From the sequence record DRR723986_698: a stretch of 57,659 nt of DNA; one strand, given 5' to 3'. The notes under the pieces are model-generated. The model searched no databases. It was given only the letters and a program-made list of their open reading frames with translations, and was not told where the DNA came from. Positions 29,827-39,830 of the stretch are shown here, in pieces. The first letter of the stretch is position 1; the number at the start of each line of letters is the position of its first letter. A program made the translations under genes and the position numbers.

Positions 29827-29960
29827 TTTCCCACTTCTCCTTAAGGTGCTGACCGCGATACCGATTTGCTATCAGAACATGGCATTGGCGAATAGGCGGC
29901 ATTCCCGAGAAGCTATTGCTGCGATTCGGAAAGAAAGACACTTCGGCCAGGAGGAATTCA

Positions 29961-31556
29961 GTGAAGCGTGATTTTCAGGCCCCGGGCCGGTCCCCGGTTT
30001 TTGCACGCGAAGCAGCGGCTGCGACCTCTCATCCGCTGGCAACGAGCGCGGCTCTGGAAGTGCTTCAGGCAGGTGGTAATGCGGTTGATGCCGCGATCGC
30101 GGCAGTTGCGGTTCAATGTGTTGTCGAACCGCATATGACCGGTATCGGCGGCGACTGTTTTGCCATCGTCATGGAGCCGGATGGACGCCTGACGGGTTTC
30201 AATGGCTCAGGTGCAGCCCCGCGGGCTGCGACACCGCAAAAGCTTGCAGAGCTCGGCGTCAAGGACATCACCGACACGTCGCCCCATGCCGTGACCGTAC
30301 CCGGTGCCATTCGGGCCTGGGAAACGCTGCTGAAGGCGCATGGCACCAAGAGTTTCAAATCCCTGTTCAAGCGGGCAATTCAATATGCCCGCGACGGATT
30401 TCCGGTTGCCCCGCGTGTCGCGCGTGACTGGGCCGGGGATGTCGACAAGCTGCGCGCCGACGAGGTTTCGGCCGCGCGCTACCTGATCAAGGGCGAAGCA
30501 CCCAAAACCGGCACGGTTCTGAAATACCCGCGTCTGGCAGACACTCTCTCGGCAATTGCCGAGGGCGGGGCGGATGCCTTCTATTCCGGCCCGGTTGCCG
30601 ACGACATCGTAAGCGCGCTGCAGTCGCGCGGCGGGCTGATGACCCAGGACGATCTTGCCGCTTGCCACACGACAGCGGTGTCACCGGTGTTGAGGGACTA
30701 CAAGGGGCACACGGTGGCCGAATTGCCGCCAAACGGGCAGGGGATCGTTGCCCTGATCATGCTCGGTATTCTGGAACAGTTCGACCTGGAAAGCCTTGAT
30801 CCGCTCGGTCCGGAACGTTTCCACCTGGAAATGGAAGCCGCGCGTCTGGCCTATGGCGTCCGCGAGCAGTTCATCACCGACCCGGGCTATATGGATGTCT
30901 GCCACACACGGTTGATCGGCGCGGATTACATCGACCAGCTAGCCCGGCAGGTGTCGCTGACCAAGCGGATGGACTCGGTTCCGGCAAGTGCGCTGGCTCC
31001 GCAGACGGATACGGTCTACCTGACGATCGTCGACAGGGACGGACTTGCGGTTTCCTTCATCAATTCCCTGTTCAGCGGGTTCGGCAGCGGCATTGTCGCT
31101 CCGGAAACCGGTGTGCTGCTGCATTGCCGCGGCAGTTCGTTCCGGGCCGAGCCGGGACATGCCAATTCCATCGACGGCGGCAAGCGGCCGATGCATACGA
31201 TCATCCCCGCGATGGTGCTGAAAGAAGGCGCGCCGTTCCTGTCCTTCGGCGTGATGGGTGGCCACTACCAGGCCTGCGGCCATGCACATGTGCTGACCAA
31301 CATCATCGACTATGGCATGGATGTTCAGGCCGCTATCGACTTCCCGCGGATGTTCTTCGACATTGCCAGCCACGAACTGCAGGCGGAACGACTGGTGCCG
31401 CCGTCCACGCTGGATGGCCTTCGCGCGCTGGGCCATTCCGTCGTTCCGGCGTCCGGCCCGATCGGCGGGTCCCAGGCCATCATGATCGACAAGGCCCGGC
31501 GCTTGCTGACCGCAGGCTCCGATCCACGCAAGGATGGGCATGCCGGAGGCTACTGA
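29961..31556 (+). CDS. ggt: Gamma-glutamyltransferase family protein (no signal peptide)
   Basis: GGNAVDAAIA, GIGGD, PPNGQG, DTVYL nucleophile Thr, KRPMHTI, GVMGG, SDPRKDG; GTG start with GAGG RBS. Confidence 0.92.
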   Translation: MKRDFQAPGRSPVFAREAAAATSHPLATSAALEVLQAGGNAVDAAIAAVAVQCVVEPHMTGIGGDCFAIVMEPDGRLTGFNGSGAAPRAATPQKLAELGVKDITDTSPHAVTVPGAIRAWETLLKAHGTKSFKSLFKRAIQYARDGFPVAPRVARDWAGDVDKLRADEVSAARYLIKGEAPKTGTVLKYPRLADTLSAIAEGGADAFYSGPVADDIVSALQSRGGLMTQDDLAACHTTAVSPVLRDYKGHTVAELPPNGQGIVALIMLGILEQFDLESLDPLGPERFHLEMEAARLAYGVREQFITDPGYMDVCHTRLIGADYIDQLARQVSLTKRMDSVPASALAPQTDTVYLTIVDRDGLAVSFINSLFSGFGSGIVAPETGVLLHCRGSSFRAEPGHANSIDGGKRPMHTIIPAMVLKEGAPFLSFGVMGGHYQACGHAHVLTNIIDYGMDVQAAIDFPRMFFDIASHELQAERLVPPSTLDGLRALGHSVVPASGPIGGSQAIMIDKARRLLTAGSDPRKDGHAGGY

Positions 31557-31663
31557 CCCGGCTTCGGCCGGCCACCTGACCGCGTCAATTTGAACCTTGT
31601 GATCGCCGCCTCACGGGTGTTTGGTGCGGTTGGACGCGCCGATAATCATATGAGGTTTTCAAT

Positions 31664-33049
31664 ATGCCCGGATTTTCGAGGCGGGAGATCCTGCTTGGCG
31701 GCGCCGGGGCGCTGACGGCGTTTGCAGCCGGCGGACTTGGTGCCAGGCAGGCACTGGCCGCCGAGCACAGCCTGACCCTTTCAAGGCTCAATCATTCGGT
31801 GCTGCCGGAAACGGTCACGGCTGACATGATGAGCTTCAGCCCCAGTGGTCCGCCACCGGTGCTGCGGTTCCGCAAGGGACAGACCACCACGATCGATGTG
31901 AAGAACGCGCTTGATGAAGCGTCGGTGGTGCATTGGCACGGGCTCAGGATCGCCAACAACATGGATGGCGTACCCTATCTGACCCAATATCCGATCGAGG
32001 CGGGAAACGCGTTCCGCTACGAGTTCACGCCGCCTGACGCCGGCACCTTCTGGTACCACCCGCATTGCAATACGCTGGAACAGATCGCCCGGGGAATGAC
32101 CGGGGTGATCGTGGTGGAAGACGAGGAAGATGCCGGCTTCGACAGCGACCTGCCACTGAACATTCGTGATTTCCGGCTTGGGGGCGACGGCCAGTTCATT
32201 GCCTTCTACAAGCCTCGCAATGCCGCGCGAGGCGGCACGCTCGGAACCGTTTCGACAGTCAACTGGCAACCACAGCCCGTTTATGAACTTGCCGCGGGCT
32301 CTCTCGTGCGTCTGCGTCTGGCTGTCACCGATCTCACAAGGGTCGGCAGATATACAGTTTCCGGTGCCGAGGCGCTGGTGATCGCAATCGACAGCAACCC
32401 GTTGCCGCAGCCGGTGGCGATGGACGAAATCGTGCTTGCGCCCGGCCAGCGGGCTGATGTTGCCCTACGTGTGCCGGACAGTGAAGACGAGGTCGCCACG
32501 CTTGTTCTGAAAAAGCCGAATGGCGACAAGGTGCTGGCGACGTTCCAGCCCAAGGGCGCGTCAGCCGGCAGGGACCTGCGAGAACTGAAGCCGCTCAAGC
32601 CGAACCCTGTGCCACAGGCAGACCTTGCCAATGCCGAGGTTCTGGATTTCGTGTTCGGCTGGTCTCCGGGCGGGGATGCACCGCAGGCCAGCATCTGTGG
32701 TTCGCTCGGCTATACCTTCTGGTCGATCAACCGGGTGGCCTGGGGCGGGGATGTGCCGGGGCCGTTCGATCCGCTGGCGACCATGCGGCACGGCAAGTCC
32801 TACATCCTGCGCTTCCGAAACGAATCACCGAACGATCATCCGATCCATCTGCACGGCTTGTCGTTCCAGTTGCTGCGGTCGAACAAGCGCAAGCTGCCTC
32901 CGCTGGTGACGGATACCGCGCTGCTTCTGGAAGAAGAAACCATGGAAGTGGCCCTGGTTGCCGACAATCCAGGCGACTGGGCATTCCATTGTCATGTGAT
33001 CGAACACCAGAAAACCGGCCTGGCCGGTTTCCTGCGTGTAGAAGCCTGA
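31664..33049 (+). CDS. Multicopper oxidase with Tat signal (CumA-like)
   Basis: SRREIL Tat motif; HWHG, WYHPH, HPIHLHG, HCHVIEH copper ligands. Confidence 0.92.
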   Translation: MPGFSRREILLGGAGALTAFAAGGLGARQALAAEHSLTLSRLNHSVLPETVTADMMSFSPSGPPPVLRFRKGQTTTIDVKNALDEASVVHWHGLRIANNMDGVPYLTQYPIEAGNAFRYEFTPPDAGTFWYHPHCNTLEQIARGMTGVIVVEDEEDAGFDSDLPLNIRDFRLGGDGQFIAFYKPRNAARGGTLGTVSTVNWQPQPVYELAAGSLVRLRLAVTDLTRVGRYTVSGAEALVIAIDSNPLPQPVAMDEIVLAPGQRADVALRVPDSEDEVATLVLKKPNGDKVLATFQPKGASAGRDLRELKPLKPNPVPQADLANAEVLDFVFGWSPGGDAPQASICGSLGYTFWSINRVAWGGDVPGPFDPLATMRHGKSYILRFRNESPNDHPIHLHGLSFQLLRSNKRKLPPLVTDTALLLEEETMEVALVADNPGDWAFHCHVIEHQKTGLAGFLRVEA

Positions 33050-33064
33050 GCGTTTTCCGACAGG

Positions 33065-33385
33065 TCAGGCAGACAGGGAGATCGTGTAGGAGCGTTCGTC
33101 GCCGTCTTCGGCGGCGGATGCATATTGCGCGACATGCTGCCGGCGCTCCAGCCAGGTCTGCTCGTCAAACGAGTCTCCGGCCAGAAGCTGGGTGGCATAT
33201 TCGGCATGGGCGCCGTAATAGGCGTCACGCTGAGAAGCCTGTGCGGCGAGATGTGCGGGGACGACATCCAGAGCGCCAAACTGTCCATTTGAGGTCGAAC
33301 CGAAGCCGGTTCTTTCAGTCGGAGCGGTTACCGGCTTCTGCCGGATGCGCATGGGATGGATGGCCGATACGGGTCTTACTTGCAT
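33065..33385 (-). CDS. Hypothetical 106-aa protein
   Basis: GGAG RBS before ATG (MQVRPVSA...); promoter elements upstream. Confidence 0.6.
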   Translation of the reverse strand: MQVRPVSAIHPMRIRQKPVTAPTERTGFGSTSNGQFGALDVVPAHLAAQASQRDAYYGAHAEYATQLLAGDSFDEQTWLERRQHVAQYASAAEDGDERSYTISLSA

Positions 33386-33481
33386 TTCAGTCTCCGGGGT
33401 GGGCCAGTCCGTGGCCAGTCTTTCGGAGGTCCGGGGAGTCCGGATCTGTTTTTCAATATAGGGTCTCTGACAACAGAAAAA

Positions 33482-33497
33482 TGTGACGCGCGTCACA
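33482..33497. promoter_or_regulatory. CRP/FNR-family-type palindrome TGTGA-N6-TCACA
   Basis: AAAA-TGTGACGCGCGTCACA-CTTT perfect 16-bp palindrome; TATATT -10 on the minus strand at 33455-33460. Confidence 0.6.
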
Positions 33498-33661
33498 CTT
33501 TGACGGGTGAGGGGTTTGCCCGCTGCTGTGTAGAGGTAACGGTTGTCGGCAGAATTTGTTCCCGGTGCCGTCATTTGCCGCGGTGCTTCTGTCTCCAGCC
33601 TCTGCAGTCCGGCTGATATGCCCCCTCCAAGATCCTCACCTGAAGCATGCTCGGCCAAACC

Positions 33662-33690
33662 AAAAAAAGACCCGGAGCAATGCCCCGGGT
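33662..33690 (-). terminator. Intrinsic terminator after ORF 33735-34067
   Basis: Minus strand ACCCGG...CCGGGT followed by a T tract. Confidence 0.6.
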
Positions 33691-33734
33691 TGAAGGTCTC
33701 CAGTGGTACTTCTGGAACTTTAAAACAGGTTGGC

Positions 33735-34067
33735 CTAGCGCTCGGTCTTGAGCAGTCGGCCGGCAGGGCGCTGGCGTGGCAGGGCAGCAGTTGCCCGATA
33801 GGAGTTCACGCCGGTGAGAGGTTCTGTTTGCCTGCGGAACCTTGTCTGGGGCTCTCCATCTCGCGTCGCGATCAGATGGGCGAGGAAAATAGAGTTCGGG
33901 CGGTAGCGCGCGCTGAAGGCAATCTGCTCGCGCTCAAGCTCCGGTTCCACGGGAACGGGGAGATACGTGTCAAAGGTCGCCTGCCGCTCGGATTCCGTCT
34001 CTCCCACGGAGGGACGCTTCCGCCTCACATTGGCACGACCTGCAGAAGAAACCGGGTTAACTCGCAC
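33735..34067 (-). CDS. Hypothetical 110-aa protein
   Basis: RPNSIFLAHLIAT...PQTRFRR pattern I recall from small alphaproteobacterial hypotheticals; GAGG RBS, GTG start, terminator downstream. Confidence 0.7.
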   Translation of the reverse strand: MRVNPVSSAGRANVRRKRPSVGETESERQATFDTYLPVPVEPELEREQIAFSARYRPNSIFLAHLIATRDGEPQTRFRRQTEPLTGVNSYRATAALPRQRPAGRLLKTER

Positions 34068-34142
34068 GATTTAACGCCTCATTGTTTCAGAATGGCACGC
34101 CCAAGGCTGCCTCACCTGAAACGTCGCAATCACCGTGCCACG

Positions 34143-34158
34143 TTAACCTCTTGTTAAC
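34143..34158. promoter_or_regulatory. CtrA binding site
   Basis: TTAA-CCTCTTG-TTAAC; the consensus is met on both strands; a TTAA-N6-TTAA half-match lies at about 34189-34202. Confidence 0.7.
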
Positions 34159-34332
34159 TTTTTGTCCGCAGAAAACCGCCGATCCGCATTAACAATCGTT
34201 AATGCGGTGGCGCAAAATCGGACACTTTTCAGTGGGAAGCGGGGATAGCGGTGGTAACCGGAACCGGCCCGTTGCAGGCAGGGGCAAGTCCTGACGGCAA
34301 AGGGAAACAGGTTTGACCTGCGAGTGGAGGAC

Positions 34333-34989
34333 TTAGCCTGAACGGTGTTCCGACAGTTCTGGCAGCCGGACCGCGAGTGGCAAAGTGAAGTCTTCGGCAG
34401 TCAGTTTTTCGCTCCTCAGAAGATGCTGCAGGCTCACGGCAACCGACATGGCATCGTCGAGAGCGTCGTGTTGCCGCCCGTCCGGTGTCTTGAGGTCAAA
34501 ATATTCCGCCAGTCGTCCACTCGTCATTTTGCCCATATCCTCAAAGGGAATGCCCGCATTCAAGATCAGGCCGATGGCGTTGCCGAAGCGGTGGGCGGGG
34601 ATAGGTGGTGTCAGGCCTACGATATAGGAACTGATCGCCAGAAGGGTGAGTTCGTCTTTGCCCCAGGACCAGAAGTTCGCCCCCTCTGCGAAGGCTGAGA
34701 GTCTTTCCAGTGCGTCGGCGTGGGCAATGCCTCCGCGGTCGATGTCCGCCTGGGCAATGCCGGTCAGCTCGGTGAAGAAAGGATCTACATTCGGGTGCCT
34801 ACCAAACCTGTCCCTCGGCTTGATCAGGACATTGAATGTATTGAGAATGTCATAACCGCTCCCGAGCGAGAGTTTCACCGCGCCAATCTGGGCGACATTC
34901 GGATCCGGATCCAGCGGGCCGCACCATTGCCGGCTCATGGCGCCGGGCGCGGTCAGATATTCGCAGTCGTAAATGATCACGTGATGCAT
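34333..34989 (-). CDS. DEDDh 3'-5' exonuclease family protein
   Basis: IYDCEY (Exo I), QIGAVK, LTGI, WGKD, HDALDDA (Exo III). Confidence 0.85.
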   Translation of the reverse strand: MHHVIIYDCEYLTAPGAMSRQWCGPLDPDPNVAQIGAVKLSLGSGYDILNTFNVLIKPRDRFGRHPNVDPFFTELTGIAQADIDRGGIAHADALERLSAFAEGANFWSWGKDELTLLAISSYIVGLTPPIPAHRFGNAIGLILNAGIPFEDMGKMTSGRLAEYFDLKTPDGRQHDALDDAMSVAVSLQHLLRSEKLTAEDFTLPLAVRLPELSEHRSG

Positions 34990-35008
34990 GAAAAAGAGGT
35001 CCGTCCGA

Positions 35009-35536
35009 TCAAAAGAAGGAAAAAGCGAGGGCGGCCAGAAACAGAAGAACGGTTGAATAGAATGTCAGGGCAAAGCCGAAGGCCCTGGCAGCTGCGCCTT
35101 TTTCATAACCGTTCCAGAACAGAGCGCGTCCGCACCAGAACAGCAGAGCAGCAGCAGGCAAAGCGCCGAGATATCCGGCCGGGGCAAGTGCTGCGAATGC
35201 GATGTAGGTAAGGGCGGCCAGCGTGGTCTGTTCCAGCGTGTTCTGGAGCACGGCCTGCAACACCTTGGCCTTTTCGGTGCCAGAGGTCAGTCCGCTGCCG
35301 TCGATATCCTCCGGTGTGAAAAAGCGATGCCGCGCCAGAAGGCCTATCGACAAAAGCAGCCAGAAAGCGCCGGCCAGCAGACACTGGGCGGCGAGCGTAA
35401 GGCGGGCTTGCGGCGAGCCGTCCGGCAGCCAGTCCTGCGGATACTGAACGGCGCCGAAGCCGAGCCCGGTGGCCGCGACGATTACCGCCGCGATCATGCC
35501 CTTCATGACGCCATGTTGTTTCGCTGTTAGGGGCAA
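35009..35536 (-). CDS. MAPEG family membrane protein
   Basis: LQNTLEQ, GRALFW.GY, RAFGFALTFY; start uncertain (TTG 35536). Confidence 0.75.
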   Translation of the reverse strand: MPLTAKQHGVMKGMIAAVIVAATGLGFGAVQYPQDWLPDGSPQARLTLAAQCLLAGAFWLLLSIGLLARHRFFTPEDIDGSGLTSGTEKAKVLQAVLQNTLEQTTLAALTYIAFAALAPAGYLGALPAAALLFWCGRALFWNGYEKGAAARAFGFALTFYSTVLLFLAALAFSFF

Positions 35537-35680
35537 CCTGCTGCCTCGCGTTTGCTGACGGAACCGACACGGGAACAGGACCACACCGGGCTTCAAAAGA
35601 AAAGTGTTGGCAGGCCCCGGCGCAGACAGACTGGCGCGACCGGGAGGCCGCGCCAGTGCACGAGATCGTCTTTGAGCCCG

Positions 35681-37111
35681 TCAGTCCGGTGCCTTGCCGG
35701 TCCAGGCGCTGCGGTCGATGTCGAGATCCGCGAAGTTATCAGGGTTCAACACCGGTCGGGCGACACCTTCCCGAAGCTGGCTCTTGAAATCGTCCAGGAT
35801 CCGCTTTGCCGTCGGGAACAGCATCATCAGAGCCAGTAGGTTGACGACCGCCAGGACGCCCATCAGCGGATCGGAGAAGAAGAACACCGAGGTTGCATTC
35901 GGTGCCGTCGCCCCCAGGAACACGACGCCCATCACGGCGACCCTGAGAACGTGCAGGGCCATGGTGCTGGATGTCATCGAACTGAGGGCGTTTTCGCCGA
36001 GGTAGTAGTTGTAGATGATGGAGCTGAACGCGAAGAGCAGCACCGCGCCGGTCAGGAAATAGCTCGTCCAGCCACCGAGGTGGGAGGCAAGCGATTGCTG
36101 GGTCAGGACGACGCCGTCAACGCCTTCTGCACCCGGCGCATAGACATCGCCGAGCAGGATGATCAGCGCCGTACAGGTGCAGATGATCATCGTGTCGATG
36201 AAGACCGAGAAGGACTGGGTGATGCCCTGGCTGATCGGGTGGCGGACTTCCGCCGTGGCGGCAACGTTGGGAGCCGAGCCGAGGCCGGCCTCGTTGGAGA
36301 ACAGCCCGCGGCGCAGGCCTTGCGCAAGGGCTGCGCCCATGCCGCCGCCAACCACCTCTTCCAGCCCGAAGGCGTTGAGAACGATGGAATAGATGACGCC
36401 AGGTACCTCGGTGATGTTGAGAAGGATGATCACCAGCGCCATGCCGATATAGCCGACGGCCATGATCGGCACGATGACATCCGCTGCCTTTGCAATGCGG
36501 TGGATGCCGCCAAAGACGATCAGGCCGGTCAGCACGGTCAGGCCTATGCCCGTCCACAGACGACCGATGCCGAGGCTTTCTTCCGCGGCGCCCGCCACGG
36601 TGTTGCCCTGGAAGGCGTTGAAGCCGAAGGCGAAGGAGGCCATGAGGCAGAGTGCATAAAGCACCGCAAGCCAGCGGTAATCGGCGCCAAGGCCATGGAT
36701 GATGGTGCGGGCGGGTCCGCCACGATAGGTGCCGTCACCCGTGGAGCGCTTGTAGAGCTGGGCGAGCGAACACTCGATCAGGCTGGTTGCCATGCCGACA
36801 AGGGCAACGGCCCACATCCAGAAGACTGCGCCGGGGCCGCCGAGCGTGATCGCCACTGCGACGCCGGCGATGTTGCCGCCACCAACCCGGCCGCCGACAG
36901 ACAGAAGTAGCGCTTCGCGGGCAGAGATCGCGTTGGGATCACCCGACTGGTTCTTGGAAGACAATACGCGGAACATACGCAGGAAGAAGCGTAGCTGAAC
37001 GAAACCGGTAACGACCGTGAAGAAGATGCCAATGACGACGAGAAACGGGATGAGTGCCCACCCCCAGGTCAGGTCGCCGATTAGGGCGAAGAACGCCTCG
37101 ACAAGCTGCAT
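35681..37111 (-). CDS. Alanine/glycine:cation symporter (AGCS family)
   Basis: GRVGGGNIAGVA, GGPGAVFWMW, LAQLYK, RRGLFSNEAGLGSAP; AGGAGG RBS. Confidence 0.93.
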   Translation of the reverse strand: MQLVEAFFALIGDLTWGWALIPFLVVIGIFFTVVTGFVQLRFFLRMFRVLSSKNQSGDPNAISAREALLLSVGGRVGGGNIAGVAVAITLGGPGAVFWMWAVALVGMATSLIECSLAQLYKRSTGDGTYRGGPARTIIHGLGADYRWLAVLYALCLMASFAFGFNAFQGNTVAGAAEESLGIGRLWTGIGLTVLTGLIVFGGIHRIAKAADVIVPIMAVGYIGMALVIILLNITEVPGVIYSIVLNAFGLEEVVGGGMGAALAQGLRRGLFSNEAGLGSAPNVAATAEVRHPISQGITQSFSVFIDTMIICTCTALIILLGDVYAPGAEGVDGVVLTQQSLASHLGGWTSYFLTGAVLLFAFSSIIYNYYLGENALSSMTSSTMALHVLRVAVMGVVFLGATAPNATSVFFFSDPLMGVLAVVNLLALMMLFPTAKRILDDFKSQLREGVARPVLNPDNFADLDIDRSAWTGKAPD

Positions 37112-37267
37112 GGATCCAACCCTCCTTGTTTTCCGCAAGGCTGACGAAGGGTCAGCCTCATCGGAACCGGAAGGGTAGGCTTCAATTTCCGGGGTTTGCA
37201 ATAAAAAAGAGAGGTGCTTGAAAATGCAGCTTTGAATTGCCGAGTTGATAGGCAGCCACCAGGCAAC

Positions 37268-37298
37268 AAAAAACGCGGCTCGAATGAACCGCGTTTTT
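37268..37298 (-). terminator. Terminator after rplT
   Basis: AAAAAACGCGG...CCGCGTTTTT. Confidence 0.75.
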
Positions 37299-37321
37299 CA
37301 AATCGGATCGGGAAGCCTGCC

Positions 37322-37681
37322 TTAAGCGGCCAGGGCGCCCTGAGCCTGATCAACCAGGGCCTTGAAGGCATCCGGCTGGTTGATGGCGAGGTCGGACAGA
37401 ACCTTGCGGTCGACTTCAATGCCGGCCTTGTTCAGACCGTCGATGAAGCGGCCATAGGTCATGCCGTGCTGGCGGGTTGCCGCATTAATGCGCTGGATCC
37501 AGAGCGAACGGAAGTTGCGCTTCTTGGCCTTGCGGTCGCGATAAGCGTACTGGCCGGCTTTCTCGACGGCCTGCTTGGCAACGCGGATGGTATTCTTGCG
37601 GCGGCCGTAATAGCCTTTTGCTGCCTTGATTACTTTTTTGTGGCGAGCGTGGGCGGTAACGCCCCGTTTGACGCGTGACAT
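37322..37681 (-). CDS. rplT: 50S ribosomal protein L20
   Basis: MSRVKRGV...AKGYYG...LWIQRINAA...DRKVL. Confidence 0.98.
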   Translation of the reverse strand: MSRVKRGVTAHARHKKVIKAAKGYYGRRKNTIRVAKQAVEKAGQYAYRDRKAKKRNFRSLWIQRINAATRQHGMTYGRFIDGLNKAGIEVDRKVLSDLAINQPDAFKALVDQAQGALAA

Positions 37682-37707
37682 TTAGGTGATCTCCTTCGGG
37701 GCTGGCT

Positions 37708-37905
37708 TTATGCGTAGGGCAGGAACTGCTTCACGATCTTTGCATCCTGGTCGCTCAGCGTGGTGGTGCCACGGGCGTTGCGGATGAACTTGTTCGTGCG
37801 CTTGATCATGCCATGACGCTTGCCGGCCTGCGCGGTCTTCACCTTGCCGGTCGCGGTCACTTTAAAGCGCTTTTTGGCGCCGGACTTCGTTTTCAGCTTG
37901 GGCAT
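37708..37905 (-). CDS. rpmI: 50S ribosomal protein L35
   Basis: [21 protein letters not shown]. Confidence 0.98.
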   Translation of the reverse strand: MPKLKTKSGAKKRFKVTATGKVKTAQAGKRHGMIKRTNKFIRNARGTTTLSDQDAKIVKQFLPYA

Positions 37906-38189
37906 TTTGCATCCTTTCCTTGGTGCATCCGTTCAGAACGGATACTCTTTTGTTGGTGCATTCAGAGCCGACACGGCATGCCCTCGGTTGTCGAAAACGG
38001 TCTGCGCAAGAACACAGAAAACCAGTCCACGACGAGCCGGACGACTCTGGACCGGGCGCTTATATGGGAGCTTTCCTTGGAATGCAACCGGTTTGCGCGC
38101 CTTTTTTGGCGGTTTCGGCCAGATCTGCGGCACGGTCCTCCGCGGCAAAAGCAGTCGCCGCGGAGACCGGTGTTCGCCAGCAAGGCCGA

Positions 38190-38804
38190 TCAGGCAGCCA
38201 GATCGCATTCCTGCCGGGCGGCCTGAAGGCTGGCAGAGACCTTTTCAGGATCGGCGACGGTGCCTTGCACGGCAATGAAGCGGATATCCTCAACGCCCAG
38301 GAACGACAACAGGAACTTGAGGTAAGGCTGAACGAAGTTGGCTGCGGCAAAGGGCTGGCCGTCAAGATAGCCTTCGGCCCCATAGGCGGAAATCACCACC
38401 GCGCGCCGGGTTTTTGCAAGTCCCTGAAAGCTGTTGCCGTCAAACGAAAATGTGTGCCCGACACGAACGATCTGGTCGATCCAGGCCTTGAGAGCTGCGG
38501 GAACTGCGAAATTGTAGATCGGCGCGGCAATCAGCAGGGTGTCGGCTTCCTGAAGTTCGGCGATCAATTTGTCGGAAAGGGCTGTCGCTTCCTTCAGGTC
38601 TGCGGTCATGGAGGCGGGCTCGGTATAGAAACCTTCGATGGTCTTCTGGCCGATGATCGGGATGGAGCCATCGGCAACATTTCGCGAGATGACGCGGCAG
38701 TCGGGATGTTTGCGGCGGTAGCTTGCCTCGAAATGATCGGCAATGGCGGTGGAGTGCGAGCCGGTCTGGCGGGAACTGGAATTGATGCGCAGAAGCAGTG
38801 TCAT
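38190..38804 (-). CDS. azoR: FMN-dependent NADH-azoreductase (AzoR/AcpD)
   Basis: INSSSR..S.S, PIYNFAVPAALKAWIDQI.RVG.TF. Confidence 0.88.
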   Translation of the reverse strand: MTLLLRINSSSRQTGSHSTAIADHFEASYRRKHPDCRVISRNVADGSIPIIGQKTIEGFYTEPASMTADLKEATALSDKLIAELQEADTLLIAAPIYNFAVPAALKAWIDQIVRVGHTFSFDGNSFQGLAKTRRAVVISAYGAEGYLDGQPFAAANFVQPYLKFLLSFLGVEDIRFIAVQGTVADPEKVSASLQAARQECDLAA

Positions 38805-38881
38805 GCGGGTATCTCCTGGTTGGATGATGCCCGGAGGTTATTTCTGCGCATGTGGAGGAAAAACACTGTAGCTCGCAGGAT

Positions 38882-38904
38882 ATTCGTGCTTATTCTGCAT
38901 GAAT
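38882..38904. promoter_or_regulatory. Probable LysR-type binding palindrome overlapping the regulator start
   Basis: ATTCGTGC-N7-GCATGAAT inverted repeat containing T-N11-A. Confidence 0.45.
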
Positions 38905-39829
38905 GGATCTGCAAGCCCTCAAGACAATCCTGCTCGTCCGCGACCTTGGCAGCCTGGCAGCTGCCGCGCGGGCGCTGGATCTCGATGCCTCGAATGTGTC
39001 CCGGACGGTTTCTGCAATCGAGCGGGAGCTTGGTCAGAGGCTTTTCCAGCGCAGCACGCGCAAGCTGTCGCTGACGGAGGCGGGCGAAGCCTATCTCCAG
39101 CGGGTTGCGCCGCTTGTGGAGGAGATCGAGGCGGCGAACGAGGACATTGCCGCCAGAAGCCAGCAGCCACGGGGAACCTTGCGCATGACGGCGTCGGTTG
39201 CTTTCGTGCTGGAAGGAATCGTCCCGCTTCTGCCGGTGTTTCACGACCGGTACCCGGATATCTCGGTCGAGCTTTTCCCCTCCGACAGCAATCTCGACCT
39301 TCTGGCCGAAGGACTGGACCTTGCTATCCGCCTGGCTGCGGCGCCGAAAGGCGATCTCATTTCCACAAAGCTGCTGCAGACCCATTACCGGGTGGTGGCC
39401 TCGCAGGACTATCTTGAAAGGGAAGGGCATCCGGAAGCGCCGGGTGACCTCTCTGCCCGAAATTGCCTGTGTTTTGCATTGCCGGATTTTCGCAATGCCT
39501 GGCGCTTCAGGCTTGGGGATGACGCGCCCTTCGATGTGGAAGTGTCTGGCAGAACGACAATTTCAAGCGCGCTTGCGCTACGCGAAGCAGCCAGGCTTGG
39601 CCTTGGTCCGGCATTGCTGGCCGACTGGCTGATTGCGAGCGACCTGAAGGACGGCCGGCTGGTGGATCTCTTTCCCGACCACACGTGTGCTCCGGCGAAC
39701 TTCGAAACCGCCGCATGGATCCTTTATCCGAGCAGGGCCTATCTGCCACTCAAGGTGCGGGTGATGATCGATTTTCTGAAGACAGAGTTCGCCCGGGCAG
39801 ACGCATTGTCCACCCGGGCAAGGGATTGA
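38903..39829 (+). CDS. LysR family transcriptional regulator
   Basis: GSLAAAAR, LFQRSTRKLSLTEAG, DLAIR, GLG. Confidence 0.93.
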   Translation: MDLQALKTILLVRDLGSLAAAARALDLDASNVSRTVSAIERELGQRLFQRSTRKLSLTEAGEAYLQRVAPLVEEIEAANEDIAARSQQPRGTLRMTASVAFVLEGIVPLLPVFHDRYPDISVELFPSDSNLDLLAEGLDLAIRLAAAPKGDLISTKLLQTHYRVVASQDYLEREGHPEAPGDLSARNCLCFALPDFRNAWRFRLGDDAPFDVEVSGRTTISSALALREAARLGLGPALLADWLIASDLKDGRLVDLFPDHTCAPANFETAAWILYPSRAYLPLKVRVMIDFLKTEFARADALSTRARD

Positions 39830-39830
39830 C

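Noticed and set aside
37112-37267. Glycine riboswitch upstream of the AGCS symporter
   Set aside because: Only a simple hairpin AGGCTGAC/GTCAGCCT; no GGAGA...CCGAAG...CTCAGG aptamer pattern
37322-37905. rpmI-rplT without adjacent infC or pheS
   Set aside because: Separation from infC is common in Alphaproteobacteria; a minor rearrangement at most
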